This document shows, one piece after another, positions 30,958 to 40,553 of a DNA stretch of 64,000 nt. Every line of letters begins with the position of its first letter. The stretch's first letter is position 1. Source of the DNA: Obrimoposthia wandeli (Eukaryota). Where the stretch lies: contig CDROCS010000253.1 of NCBI GenBank assembly GCA_977020255.1, forward strand, positions 2,294,001-2,358,000, read 5' to 3'. Under the pieces are notes generated by a model. It worked only from the letters and a program-made list of their open reading frames with translations, was not told the DNA's origin and made no database searches. The position numbers and the translations under genes are program-made.

Positions 30958-31587
30958 ATGAACACTAAGTTATATTATATTCACGATCCAATGTGCAGCT
31001 GGTGTTGGGGCTATCGTCCTGTTTGGGAGCTACTGCAGCAAAACTTACCTTCGTCGGTCACTGTGGAATATGTTGCTGGTGGTTTAGCACCTGATTCAAA
31101 CAGCCCAATGCCAATTGCCCAACAGCAAATGATTCAACATCATTGGCGTACCATCGAGCAGAAGTTAGGCACGGGATTTAATCATGATTTTTGGCACGAG
31201 AATACTCCAAGGCGTTCAACATATAATGCCTGTAGAGCCGCAATAGCAGCAGATAAGCAAGCTTGTCAAAAAACTATGATCGCTGCAATTCAACAGGCCT
31301 ATTACTTACGCGCTTTAAATTCTTCTGATCTTGATGTGTTAATTACTTTAGCAAAAGAATTAAGCGAACAAGCATTGGCTACTTTAGATTTGGAACAATT
31401 TATTGTTGATATTAGCGCTGATGGTACAGAAAGAGAATTGGCACGACAAATAAACTTTGCAAGGCAGTTAAGCCAACAAGGTTTTCCTTCGTTAGTACTT
31501 GAAGTTAAAGGTGTACGCCATCAAATACCGCTTGATTACAATGACTATAAAGTCACCTTAGATTATATAATCAAAAATTTGAATTAG
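30958..31587 (+). CDS. DsbA-family thioredoxin-fold protein
   Basis: HDPMCSWCWGY CxxC motif; GFPSL cis-Pro loop. Confidence 0.9.
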   Translation: MNTKLYYIHDPMCSWCWGYRPVWELLQQNLPSSVTVEYVAGGLAPDSNSPMPIAQQQMIQHHWRTIEQKLGTGFNHDFWHENTPRRSTYNACRAAIAADKQACQKTMIAAIQQAYYLRALNSSDLDVLITLAKELSEQALATLDLEQFIVDISADGTERELARQINFARQLSQQGFPSLVLEVKGVRHQIPLDYNDYKVTLDYIIKNLN

Positions 31588-31666
31588 TAGATTATTACTA
31601 GAAAAGTCTAAAATAGACTGGTACTGTTTTATGCCTTATGGCTTGTTAGATTAAAGGAATTTAAAT

Positions 31667-31696
31667 AAAAAAAGCGATGTGGTTCATCGCTTTTTT
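31667..31696. terminator. Bidirectional intrinsic terminator
   Basis: AAAAAAGCGATG-TGGTT-CATCGCTTTTTT. Confidence 0.8.
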
Positions 31697-31708
31697 ATCA
31701 TGTGATCG

Positions 31709-32908
31709 CTAGCTCTTAAGTTGTTTTTCTGGCAGTTGTTCAAATAAGCTACTTGCTTGTAACCAAAACTGACTTGATATTTTATTGATAACATTCGATT
31801 CCGCATTAATGACTATGGCAAAGCCGATATCTAAATCGGGCGAATAACCTATATCAGCACGAAATCCTGCAACCCAGCCTGAATGATAAATAATGGGGTG
31901 GCCCTTAAATTGATAAATTCTCCAGCCATAACCGTAATGGGCATCGGTTAAGTGATCACGCCAAAAACGTCGGCGTAAGTCTTTTTTCGTTCTAATTCTA
32001 GGTGTTGTTAACTCTGCTAATAATGAGGCAGATAACACTGCTGGTTTATGCCCTAAATTAGCAATTAACCACTTGGCCAAATCGTTAATACTGGCATTAA
32101 CTCCAGCAGCAGGCGCTACTTTGTAAAAATCAGGCTCTACCTTTACGGTACGCCATATGTACTTTCTTATATTTCTACCTTGTGGATCTTTTTTTCCGGT
32201 CTTGATTCGTTTTCTAAGGATGTGAGGTTTTGCCGTATTTGTTTGCTCTTTATAAACATCAATGCCTACGGAGGCATCGGTCATATTGAGTGGCGTAAAG
32301 AGTCGATCTTGTAATAACGCAGCATAGCTTTTACTCTGGCTTGCTTCTATAGCAGGTTGTAATAGACCATAGGCTATATTTTGGTAGCCATAGCACTTTT
32401 CAGGCTGGCAAATAGGCGTAACGCGATCAAAACGGCCGATAATTTTATCCATCGTCCAGTTTTCATGGAGAAGATTATCGTAAGCGTTTGGCATCAAGCC
32501 ACTTGAGTGACTTAACAGATGTTTGAGTTGAATTTTTTGTGCTGCACCCGCTGTGGCTAAGGTAAAATGTGGTACGTATTTGGTAATAGGATCAGACAAT
32601 TTTAACAGCTGTTCTTGCGCTAACATGGTAGTTATTGTGGCGGCGAACGTTTTAGATACTGAGGCTAAGCGAAAGACAGTGTTGTTATCTACTTGATTGG
32701 ATTTAGCGTTATCAGTATGGCCGAAGTTCTCCATGGCAATAATTTTATTTTTTTTCACTATGGCATAAGCGCCGCCGGGAATACTATAGTGCTTGAGTTG
32801 CTTTTTAACTTGGGTAGAGAAGTTTTCTTTAAACTGACTAACATTACTCGCTGAGGAAAGGGGCGTTAAAAATAGCGCTAATAAAAAGCAAGACATTCTA
32901 AATAGCAT
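31709..32908 (-). CDS. Serine hydrolase, beta-lactamase class C-like
   Basis: Signal peptide; LASVSK (SxxK), YQN (YxN), HSG. Confidence 0.88.
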   Translation of the reverse strand: MLFRMSCFLLALFLTPLSSASNVSQFKENFSTQVKKQLKHYSIPGGAYAIVKKNKIIAMENFGHTDNAKSNQVDNNTVFRLASVSKTFAATITTMLAQEQLLKLSDPITKYVPHFTLATAGAAQKIQLKHLLSHSSGLMPNAYDNLLHENWTMDKIIGRFDRVTPICQPEKCYGYQNIAYGLLQPAIEASQSKSYAALLQDRLFTPLNMTDASVGIDVYKEQTNTAKPHILRKRIKTGKKDPQGRNIRKYIWRTVKVEPDFYKVAPAAGVNASINDLAKWLIANLGHKPAVLSASLLAELTTPRIRTKKDLRRRFWRDHLTDAHYGYGWRIYQFKGHPIIYHSGWVAGFRADIGYSPDLDIGFAIVINAESNVINKISSQFWLQASSLFEQLPEKQLKS

Positions 32909-33116
32909 AAACGGATCTCAGATTGAAAAGCCGATAAGTGTATAGGTCAAGGGAGAAAATAAAAAGCCTTTAATTTTTTAAGTGTTCTTTGCTCTGTAAA
33001 TACCCATTGCCATTCAAAGTACGTGATCAACAAGACTATGTAGTTGTACCTCTTTGTAATCGAATAACCCTTACTGCACAGTTGCTCCCTGTATTGAAAT
33101 TGCTCAAGCACTGGTA

Positions 33117-33380
33117 ATACCAATTCCAATAAGTTTCTTCCCACTCAGCGAGAGTTAAAAGGCTTAAAAGCAAGGCATTGATTGTAGATAATGGTTTTTC
33201 CCTTATCAAAATCAATAACGCAGCATGTAAGCCTTTTAAACTCGCCCTTCGGGAGCTTTCCAGTGACTCGATAACCGCATAGAATTTCTTTCATATAGAG
33301 TGACTATATGCAAAAAAATTCTATTTGTTCTCAAACCGCTGGCAAGCTCTGAGTGGGAACTAACTTAATGGACTTGGTAT
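33117..33380. mobile_element. ATACCAA-terminus miniature element, 264 bp
   Basis: ATACCAATTCCAATAAGTTTCTTCCCACTCAG...CTGAGTGGGAACTAACTTAATGGACTTGGTAT; core shared with 20490, 47382 and 50108. Confidence 0.85.
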
Positions 33381-33464
33381 AATAAGCATTTTGAATGGCA
33401 ACATGACCTATGATGGTAACTCCGTTATAATCCGCCTATCTAATTAAAGAGAAGTAATGATCTT

Positions 33465-33827
33465 ATGAGCGATAGCAATAATATTTTGAAAACGTTTCTG
33501 TCAGAAACTAAACCGACACAAGTTATTTGGGCACTTCAAGATAAAGCAAGTGAAGATTGGGTTGTACTTGACTCACCTAGCTTTGAAAACAGTGAAGTGA
33601 TGCCGCTTTGGTCAAGCGCTCAATTAGCTCAGCAACATTGTATTGATGAGTGGAGTGACTATGTTCCTTGTGAAATATCACTCGCTGATTGGTTTGAATT
33701 TTGGCTTGAAGATCTTAATGATGATGGTGTTATTGTTGGTATTAACTGGCAAGGCGATGATGAGTGCCTAGAGATAGAATTGAGCGAATTTACTCAGGCG
33801 CTTGCTGAAGTAGAGTCGTTAAAATAA
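33465..33827 (+). CDS. DUF2750 family protein
   Basis: WALQD...MPLWSS...W..L..D...VGINW. Confidence 0.85.
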   Translation: MSDSNNILKTFLSETKPTQVIWALQDKASEDWVVLDSPSFENSEVMPLWSSAQLAQQHCIDEWSDYVPCEISLADWFEFWLEDLNDDGVIVGINWQGDDECLEIELSEFTQALAEVESLK

Positions 33828-33891
33828 ATCTTCATTAAGCTAATTTCATCGGAGCTGATATCACTAAGTGGTTTCGGTGGGATAATTATTT

Positions 33892-33924
33892 AAAAGCATT
33901 GTTCATCCAGAGCAATGCTTTTTT
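33892..33924. terminator. Bidirectional terminator
   Basis: AAAAGCATTG...CAATGCTTTTTT. Confidence 0.75.
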
Positions 33925-33929
33925 ATTAA

Positions 33930-34271
33930 CTAAAAGCTACTTAGGCTTGGAATTATCAAGGTTTCTCTTTTTAGTAGCTTTTCGGCAACTTCAGGCGATA
34001 CTTGATAAAATTCATTAACGTACTCTTGAGCGTTCAAGTATTTTTTTATTTGTGCTTTTACTTTGCATGGATTGCTGCACTGTAATGAAAAAGCAACGCT
34101 ATATTCACCAATAGTCTTTGCAGATAGTGATTTAGCATATTCTTGAGGATCTTCAGTGGTACAGCCTATTTTAACAACATCAGAAAAAAATGAATGTGTC
34201 ATCACATAAACATTGCCTAAAGAAATATCTTTTTTTGTTGTCGCTTCGGGGGTGTTTTCTGTGTTTTTCAT
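33930..34271 (-). CDS. T5orf172/GIY-YIG-like small protein
   Basis: VYVM...VKIGCT...P and EFYQV motifs. Confidence 0.75.
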   Translation of the reverse strand: MKNTENTPEATTKKDISLGNVYVMTHSFFSDVVKIGCTTEDPQEYAKSLSAKTIGEYSVAFSLQCSNPCKVKAQIKKYLNAQEYVNEFYQVSPEVAEKLLKRETLIIPSLSSF

Positions 34272-34380
34272 AGGTTAGCTAGATCCAATTATCTTGAGCA
34301 TTGATCAAAGTTTACTCCTATTATTATATCCTATCTTTAATACCTTAGCGGCACTATCTACCAGCAACCCGTATAAATAC

Positions 34381-34426
34381 GTTTATAATTCCAACTCAGC
34401 CCTGCATCTTCAAGTGGTTTGGGTAT
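34381..34426 (+). repeat. Right-end fragment of an ERIC-like element
   Basis: GTTTATAATTCC...GCATCTTCAAGTGGTTTGGGTATA matches the right end of the 47382 element. Confidence 0.6.
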
Positions 34427-34537
34427 AGATAACTGTTATACTCCGCGCATTATTTTTCCTATCACCTGCACCTTAGCCACTTTGTAACATATGGCCAATG
34501 AACAGCAGTTTGATTATTCATATGGCTGAGACACACT

Positions 34538-35743
34538 ATGTCCTTCTCAACACTTAAATTATCGACCCCAATACTCAACGCCATTGCTGATTTAGGCTAT
34601 ACCAAACCAACGGCTATTCAACAACAAGCAATACCCGTGGTTTTAGCCGGTAAAGATATTATTGCCGCAGCACAAACAGGTACAGGTAAAACGGCTAGTT
34701 TTGTTTTGCCATTATTAGAGCAACTAACTAGCCGTTACAAAGACACCGATAAGAAGTTACGAGGTAAACGTATTCGTGCTCTTATTCTTGTACCTACCCG
34801 TGAGCTTGCCGTTCAAGTTGAAGCGAGCATTAGTCAGTATGCCAAATATTTAGACATTAGCTCTATGGCAATGTACGGCGGTGTTGATGCACAAGAACAA
34901 AAGCAGCGATTGATTTGGGGTGTAGATATTCTGGTTGCAACACCAGGTCGTTTGCTAGACATGACACATCAAAGAGTATTGCATTTTGATGAGCTTGATA
35001 TGTTGGTGCTTGATGAAGCCGATAGAATGCTTGATATGGGTTTTATTGATGACATTAATAAAATAATTGAGCGTTTACCTGAACACCGTCAAAACTTACT
35101 CTTTTCTGCCACTATGTCTGATGAAGTTCGTGGCTTGGCGAAAAGAACGATTCATCGACCGGTTGAAATTTCTATTGGCGCCGATAAAGCCTCGAAGCCT
35201 AAAATAGAGCAGTGGTTGGTTAGCGTTGATAAAAGTAATAAATCCGCCTTATTAAGCCACTTAATTACTACACTAGATTGGCAACAAGCGCTTATTTTTA
35301 TTGAAACTAAACATGGTGCGGCCAAATTGGTAGGCCAATTAGAAAAACGTGGCATCACAGCCGAAAGTATTCACAGTGGTAGAGCACAAGATATTCGTGA
35401 AAAAATACTTAACGATTTTAAATCAGGAAAAATTAAATTTTTAGTTGCCACCGCCATTGCTGCGCGTGGTATTGATATTGGTGAACTTTCACGTGTTATT
35501 AATTACGATTTACCTGCGCAAGTAGATGATTATATTCATCGTATTGGTCGTACCGGACGAGCTGGTGCATCAGGTGAAGCTGTTTCGTTAGTTTCCAAAG
35601 ATAACTTTAGAGAGCTTTGTGCTATTGAAAGTCGCTTGGGTCATATTATTGAGCGAAAAGAATTTTCAGAGTTTCCAGTGAAAAAGACAGTACCTTTATC
35701 GAAATTAAATTACGTCACTAAATACGCTGAATCTAAAAGATAA
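34538..35743 (+). CDS. DEAD-box RNA helicase (RhlE-like)
   Basis: AQTGTGKT, PTRELA, DEAD, SAT, HRIGRTGRAG. Confidence 0.95.
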   Translation: MSFSTLKLSTPILNAIADLGYTKPTAIQQQAIPVVLAGKDIIAAAQTGTGKTASFVLPLLEQLTSRYKDTDKKLRGKRIRALILVPTRELAVQVEASISQYAKYLDISSMAMYGGVDAQEQKQRLIWGVDILVATPGRLLDMTHQRVLHFDELDMLVLDEADRMLDMGFIDDINKIIERLPEHRQNLLFSATMSDEVRGLAKRTIHRPVEISIGADKASKPKIEQWLVSVDKSNKSALLSHLITTLDWQQALIFIETKHGAAKLVGQLEKRGITAESIHSGRAQDIREKILNDFKSGKIKFLVATAIAARGIDIGELSRVINYDLPAQVDDYIHRIGRTGRAGASGEAVSLVSKDNFRELCAIESRLGHIIERKEFSEFPVKKTVPLSKLNYVTKYAESKR

Positions 35744-35762
35744 ACAGCTGGTCAGTTTGATC

Positions 35763-35800
35763 AAAAAACCCGTTAATGACTCATCATTAACGGGTTTTTT
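35763..35800. terminator. Bidirectional terminator
   Basis: AAAAAACCCGTTAATGA-CTCA-TCATTAACGGGTTTTTT. Confidence 0.85.
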
Positions 35801-35880
35801 ATTTTAATTCAAAGCATGAACTTAATATTTGAATCCAAGTATTCTTTTGGTTATCAAAATGATTAGCTAAAAATTAGTAT

Positions 35881-36717
35881 TTAAGATTGAATTAAATGTA
35901 CATCGCGTTGAGGGAACGGAATAGCAATACCATTCTTATCAAGCGTTTTCTTGATAGCTTCATTCACTTCAAAGTAAACAGCCCAGTAATGCTCAGGTAA
36001 ACAATGTGGACGAACGGCAAAGTTTACTGAACTATCAGCCATTTCAGATACGCCAACAAACGGAGCTGGTGTTTTCATTACTTTGTCATTATTAAGTAGA
36101 ACATCCATTAATACGGCTTTAGTTTGATCGATATCTGCAAGGTAAGAAACGCCGATAGTAAGATCAACACGAATTTTACCTTCAACTGTATAGTTAATAA
36201 CAGAGCCATTAGAGGTTGCACCATTTGGGATGATAATGCGTTTTGACTGTGGTGAAAGTAAAATGGTATTGAATATTTGCACTTCTTTAACAACACCTAA
36301 ATGACCTTGAGATTCAATCAAATCACCTACTTTATAAGGTTTAAATACCATAATTAGTACGCCGCCAGCAAAGTTAGCTAAACTGCCTTGCAGTGCTAAA
36401 CCAATGGCTAGACCTGCCGCACCTAATACCGCAATAAATGAAGTAGTAGCAACACCTATCATTGAAGCAACAGAGATAAACAGTAGTAATTTAAGTAACC
36501 AAGAAACCAAGCTACCCATAAAAGGGATTAAGGTTGGATCAACCTTTGAACGAACCATTGAAGCTTTCACTAATTTAGTAACACCACTGATTATCCATAA
36601 ACCGATCAGTAACGTAAGAATCGATAAAACTAATCTAGGGGCGTAAATTAGGCCAAGTTCATAGGCTTTCATAGTAAGAGTTTCAAGTTGTGTAATCGGA
36701 GCGTCTATTGTGTCCAT
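35881..36717 (-). CDS. mscS: Small-conductance mechanosensitive channel
   Basis: GAAGLAIGLALQGSLANFAGG, PYKVGD, IPFPQRDVH. Confidence 0.95.
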   Translation of the reverse strand: MDTIDAPITQLETLTMKAYELGLIYAPRLVLSILTLLIGLWIISGVTKLVKASMVRSKVDPTLIPFMGSLVSWLLKLLLFISVASMIGVATTSFIAVLGAAGLAIGLALQGSLANFAGGVLIMVFKPYKVGDLIESQGHLGVVKEVQIFNTILLSPQSKRIIIPNGATSNGSVINYTVEGKIRVDLTIGVSYLADIDQTKAVLMDVLLNNDKVMKTPAPFVGVSEMADSSVNFAVRPHCLPEHYWAVYFEVNEAIKKTLDKNGIAIPFPQRDVHLIQS

Positions 36718-36973
36718 TGAATTTCCTTTATTAACAAAGTTAAAGTCATTAATATCTTAGCCCTATCAGAAAAAAATACAATTTATGCTTTTGAAAAATA
36801 ATCTAATATTTAAAGAATTTAATAACTCAAGATTACTTGCTCCCGTAAAGCGCATTTTTGTAATCAAAACACGCTAATGACCTTAGAGTCAGTTATACTA
36901 TGTGAATATTTTGAAATATTTCTCAAGCAGCTACTTTCTTACTGCTCAAGCATAACAACCCTTAGGCTCTTAA

Positions 36974-37429
36974 ATGATTAACAATGACCTCCTTCGCCGC
37001 ATCAGCGCTATTTTTGACTTAACCGATGAAACTATCCTTACTACATTTGCGTTAAGTCAATGTGAAATTAGTGCGGAACAGTTAACTCACTTCTTCAAAG
37101 AGAAAGATGATAGCGCATACCAAGAAATAGAAGACGTACAATTTGCTAGCTTTTTAAATGGTTTAATCACTGCTAAACGTGGACCAAGTGAAGGACCTGA
37201 ACGTGAAAGTGAGCAAGAATTAACCAATAACATGATTTTTAATAAAGTAAAAATCGCGTTGTCTTTAAAAGCTGAAGAAGTGATTTCTATTCTTGAATTA
37301 GCCGAACTTAGTTTAGATAAACATGAGTTAAGCGCACTCTTTAGAAATGTAAACAATAAGCATTATAAAAATTGCTCTGATGAAGTTTTATCTGCATTTT
37401 TAAAAGGCTTAAAAATTAAAGCTAAATAA
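36974..37429 (+). CDS. DUF1456 (YehS-like) protein
   Basis: MINNDLLRR...FLNGLI..KRG...NNMIF.KVKIAL duplicated unit. Confidence 0.85.
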   Translation: MINNDLLRRISAIFDLTDETILTTFALSQCEISAEQLTHFFKEKDDSAYQEIEDVQFASFLNGLITAKRGPSEGPERESEQELTNNMIFNKVKIALSLKAEEVISILELAELSLDKHELSALFRNVNNKHYKNCSDEVLSAFLKGLKIKAK

Positions 37430-37566
37430 TGCGATCATTTTAGCTTCACAGCTAAGTTAATGAGTACCGCCTAGCTAGTGCATTCATCAAAATGTCATCT
37501 TTGTTTCATATTACTTTCATCTAACTCCCTTAAATTGCTATATAACGTTAGTGAGAGGAGAGTAAA

Positions 37567-37752
37567 ATGAATAATAAGTATTGGCATGATGCGGATGTTT
37601 TAGATGATGACGATGAACTAACAAGACCTGATAAAAAGGGTAAGGTTAGTGGTGGTAAAGAACGAAAACGTAAATGGCGTGAAATTGAAGCAATAAAAGA
37701 TCAACGCCGTTTAAGACGAGATATTGCCGCCTTTGAGCAATATTCGTTTTAG
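37567..37752 (+). CDS. DUF3545 family small protein
   Basis: KRKWREIEAIKDQRRL; GAGGAG RBS. Confidence 0.8.
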   Translation: MNNKYWHDADVLDDDDELTRPDKKGKVSGGKERKRKWREIEAIKDQRRLRRDIAAFEQYSF

Positions 37753-38082
37753 CAGTTTTAGTTATATCAACTACATTAGCTTTAATGTATTAACGTTGAA
37801 ATATGAACGTTAATATAGTGACATCACATTTTTGTTCTAACCCTATTTGCGGTTAGCTCAAAAGTGCCAGCAGAAGATAAAAAATTATTTTACAACATAC
37901 CCCTCTGTAAATAGAACTCAGCATTACGACAACCTAAGCATAGCTATCATCTAAGCTATCACTCAAAAACGATCTTATTTTGAACATTTATTCTTATTGA
38001 ATCCTGTAATGGGGATATTCATTTAATTGCTCTTATCTTAATTCCTCATAATGTAAAGCAATGTTATTATTGCGTTAAAACA

Positions 38083-38099
38083 TGATACAAATTGATACA
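38083..38099 (+). promoter_or_regulatory. OmpR-family (RstA-type) direct-repeat box
   Basis: TGATACA-AAT-TGATACA, i.e. TACA-N6-TACA with 10-bp period, about 80 bp before the mipA ATG. Confidence 0.65.
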
Positions 38100-38181
38100 T
38101 CAGCTTAATTTGTGTTACGTCTATTTTTGTAAGGCTTGGTTAATATTACTGTTAACAAAAACAGACGTTCAAAGGGAATAT

Positions 38182-39258
38182 ATGAAACATATAACAAAAA
38201 TAGTCGTCGTTAACTTAATTACCACCAGTGTTGCTTTGACTTCTTTTGCTGCTAGCGCAAAGACTGATCTTGAAAAAAAGACCTCTGAGTCATTATCACT
38301 GCAGAAAAGTACTATAACTATCGCCAAGGTTAGCAGTGATAAAACTGATATTACTGAAGCAGATATTGTTGTCGATAGTAAAAATACCGTTAAAGAAATA
38401 GATACCCAGAAAGAATCAAAAACTGAGCCAAAAGACGACGATGAATTCTCTTTATGTATCGGTGACTGTGAAGATGAAGAGCATCATCAATCGCACAGTT
38501 GTGAGGAGAATGATGAAGATTGTGAAAAAGTCTATCGCTTCTTTCAAAACCGTCGTGATGGATTTTATGTTGATGTTAGTGCAATAAGTAGCGTTGGCGA
38601 TGATTATGCATTTGCCGCGAATGAAGATACTGAGTCAGAATTTGATGTAGCGATGAGTTACCGAGTACAGTTACTCGGGCTATTTATTGAATCACCGGGC
38701 ATTAGTACTAGACGAATTCAAGGACTGTATTCTATGCCTGCTTGGGGGGTGAATTTCTACAATAGCGAAGATTACTCTTTTGATTTGTTTTATCAATACA
38801 GTACGCGAGGCATTGAGGGGTTAGAAGGCATTCAAGTCCGAAATGAAGATGAACGTGCCGGACTTAGAATGACAGGGTTTTATGAAAATACTCAGCTGCA
38901 AATGATTTATTCACCTGTTAGCCGTAACGGTGAAGGTAGTGATGGTATAGAGGCTTCTATCTCATATAGTTATAACTGGCAGTTTAGAAATACGAATTTT
39001 TACACTAACCTCGGCATGCAATATCGCTCAAAAGAAGTAACGCCTTATGGTGTAAAAACGTGGATTGAAGATGATCTATCAACCTCAGCAGGTATTAGTT
39101 ATTCGGCTGAAATAGGTGTTGAATATCCGCTAACAACCGATTGGGTTATTGGTAGCTATGTTGGCTATAATGCACTGTCTGATCGTAGTATTACCGCCCG
39201 AAAAGATACCGTTGAAGACGGTGTTAGAGGCGGTCTTTTATTAACTTTCGTTTTTTAG
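38182..39258 (+). CDS. MipA/OmpV-family outer-membrane beta-barrel with acidic Cys/His N-terminal extension
   Basis: AGGGA RBS, signal peptide, alternating beta-strand pattern, C-terminal FVF, position before DUF3019-RR-HK. Confidence 0.75.
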   Translation: MKHITKIVVVNLITTSVALTSFAASAKTDLEKKTSESLSLQKSTITIAKVSSDKTDITEADIVVDSKNTVKEIDTQKESKTEPKDDDEFSLCIGDCEDEEHHQSHSCEENDEDCEKVYRFFQNRRDGFYVDVSAISSVGDDYAFAANEDTESEFDVAMSYRVQLLGLFIESPGISTRRIQGLYSMPAWGVNFYNSEDYSFDLFYQYSTRGIEGLEGIQVRNEDERAGLRMTGFYENTQLQMIYSPVSRNGEGSDGIEASISYSYNWQFRNTNFYTNLGMQYRSKEVTPYGVKTWIEDDLSTSAGISYSAEIGVEYPLTTDWVIGSYVGYNALSDRSITARKDTVEDGVRGGLLLTFVF

Positions 39259-39264
39259 GAGGGC

Positions 39265-39711
39265 ATGATTATGCACACTAAAAAACGTAATAAAATTAAA
39301 AAGCAGTTACAACGACTGTTTTTACAAATAAAAACGTCATGCTTATTGATGTTATTACTGGTAATAAGCTCTGTGGCGAATGCAACAGATATTCAAGCCA
39401 GCATGAAGGTAAGTCCTGAGCAATGTGTTGCTATGCGCCAAGGCCAGGCTTGTTATGTATCAGTCGAATTAAGTTGGCAAGTTGATACACCGGGTAATTA
39501 TTGCTTATATACAGCAGGGGAGTCCAAGGCGCTCAATTGTTGGATAAATAGTTCTGCGGGTGAATTGAAAAAGTCATTTGATAGTAAGGTTAATTTAGAA
39601 TTTTCCTTAAGGCGTCAAAATGAAAGCTTATCAGTAGTAACTGCAGTGGTAAAAATGGCATGGGTACATAAGAAAAAAGGTCAGCCAAGAAAGTCATGGC
39701 GCATTTTTTAA
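39265..39711 (+). CDS. DUF3019 family exported protein
   Basis: VSPEQCVAMRQGQAC...W...YCL...CW...W.....RKSWRIF. Confidence 0.82.
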   Translation: MIMHTKKRNKIKKQLQRLFLQIKTSCLLMLLLVISSVANATDIQASMKVSPEQCVAMRQGQACYVSVELSWQVDTPGNYCLYTAGESKALNCWINSSAGELKKSFDSKVNLEFSLRRQNESLSVVTAVVKMAWVHKKKGQPRKSWRIF

Positions 39712-39735
39712 AACATTAAATAGGATAAATAAATA

Positions 39736-40479
39736 ATGGCAGCACAAGCGGGATCGCATATTTTATTGGTAGAAGATGATATTGATCTCGCTGAGTGGAT
39801 AGCTGATTATTTAACCGGACGTGATTTTAAGGTAACCACTTGTCATCGCGGTGATGAAGCGGTTGACCTTATTCATTCACTAAACCCCGATATTGTTTTA
39901 CTTGATGGCATGCTGCCAGGGATGGATGGGCTCGATGTTTGTAAAACAGTTCGAGCCAGTTTTGATAACCCTATTATTATGATCACTGCACGTGATGAAG
40001 AAATCGACGAAGTGCTAGGGCTAGAAATGGGGGCAGATGATTATATTACTAAACCTGTTAGAGCGAGAGTATTACTAGCCCGTATTCGAGGTTTACTTCG
40101 TCGAGAAGATAAATCTCGTACCGCAAATAAAGCCAGTACTCATTTAACGGATGAACAACTTGAGTCCAAAGGAGTACTAAAATTTAGTGGTTTAGTGATT
40201 AGTGAACAAGCCAGAAGCGTTACCCTTGACGGAGAATTGATAAAAGTATCCTCTAATGAATTCGATGTTTTGTGGTTTCTCGCCACAAAAGCAGGGCAGG
40301 TAGTATCACGAAAAGAACTTGTTAGTCATTTTCGTGGTTTTGATTATGATGGCTTTGACCGCTCAATTGATTTACGTATTTCAAGATTACGTAAAAAACT
40401 AAAAGATGACTCCTCTGAGCCTTTTCGTATTAAAACTATTTGGGGCAAAGGCTACTTATTTGCCAATGATGTTTGGTAA
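39736..40479 (+). CDS. OmpR-family response regulator (RstA-like)
   Basis: ILLVEDD, LLDGMLPG, GADDYITKP, RSIDLRISRLRKKL, IKTIWGKGY. Confidence 0.95.
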   Translation: MAAQAGSHILLVEDDIDLAEWIADYLTGRDFKVTTCHRGDEAVDLIHSLNPDIVLLDGMLPGMDGLDVCKTVRASFDNPIIMITARDEEIDEVLGLEMGADDYITKPVRARVLLARIRGLLRREDKSRTANKASTHLTDEQLESKGVLKFSGLVISEQARSVTLDGELIKVSSNEFDVLWFLATKAGQVVSRKELVSHFRGFDYDGFDRSIDLRISRLRKKLKDDSSEPFRIKTIWGKGYLFANDVW

Positions 40480-40553
40480 TCACTTTGCTAGCCCTTGTCA
40501 ATATTACTCCTTTAAACCTTTTCTAGTCCCTTTAAACATAACTAGGTTAACTT

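Noticed and set aside
32947-33144. 65-aa ORF
   Set aside because: Starts inside a repeat element; no coding signature
33930-34271. T5orf172 gene as evidence of a prophage
   Set aside because: No integrase or other phage genes nearby
35440-35480. Helicase motif V variant ATAIAARGID
   Set aside because: All catalytic motifs are intact; likely ordinary subfamily variation
38092-38181. ORF-track N-terminal extension of mipA
   Set aside because: Starts inside the regulatory box; RBS and signal peptide fit ATG 38182
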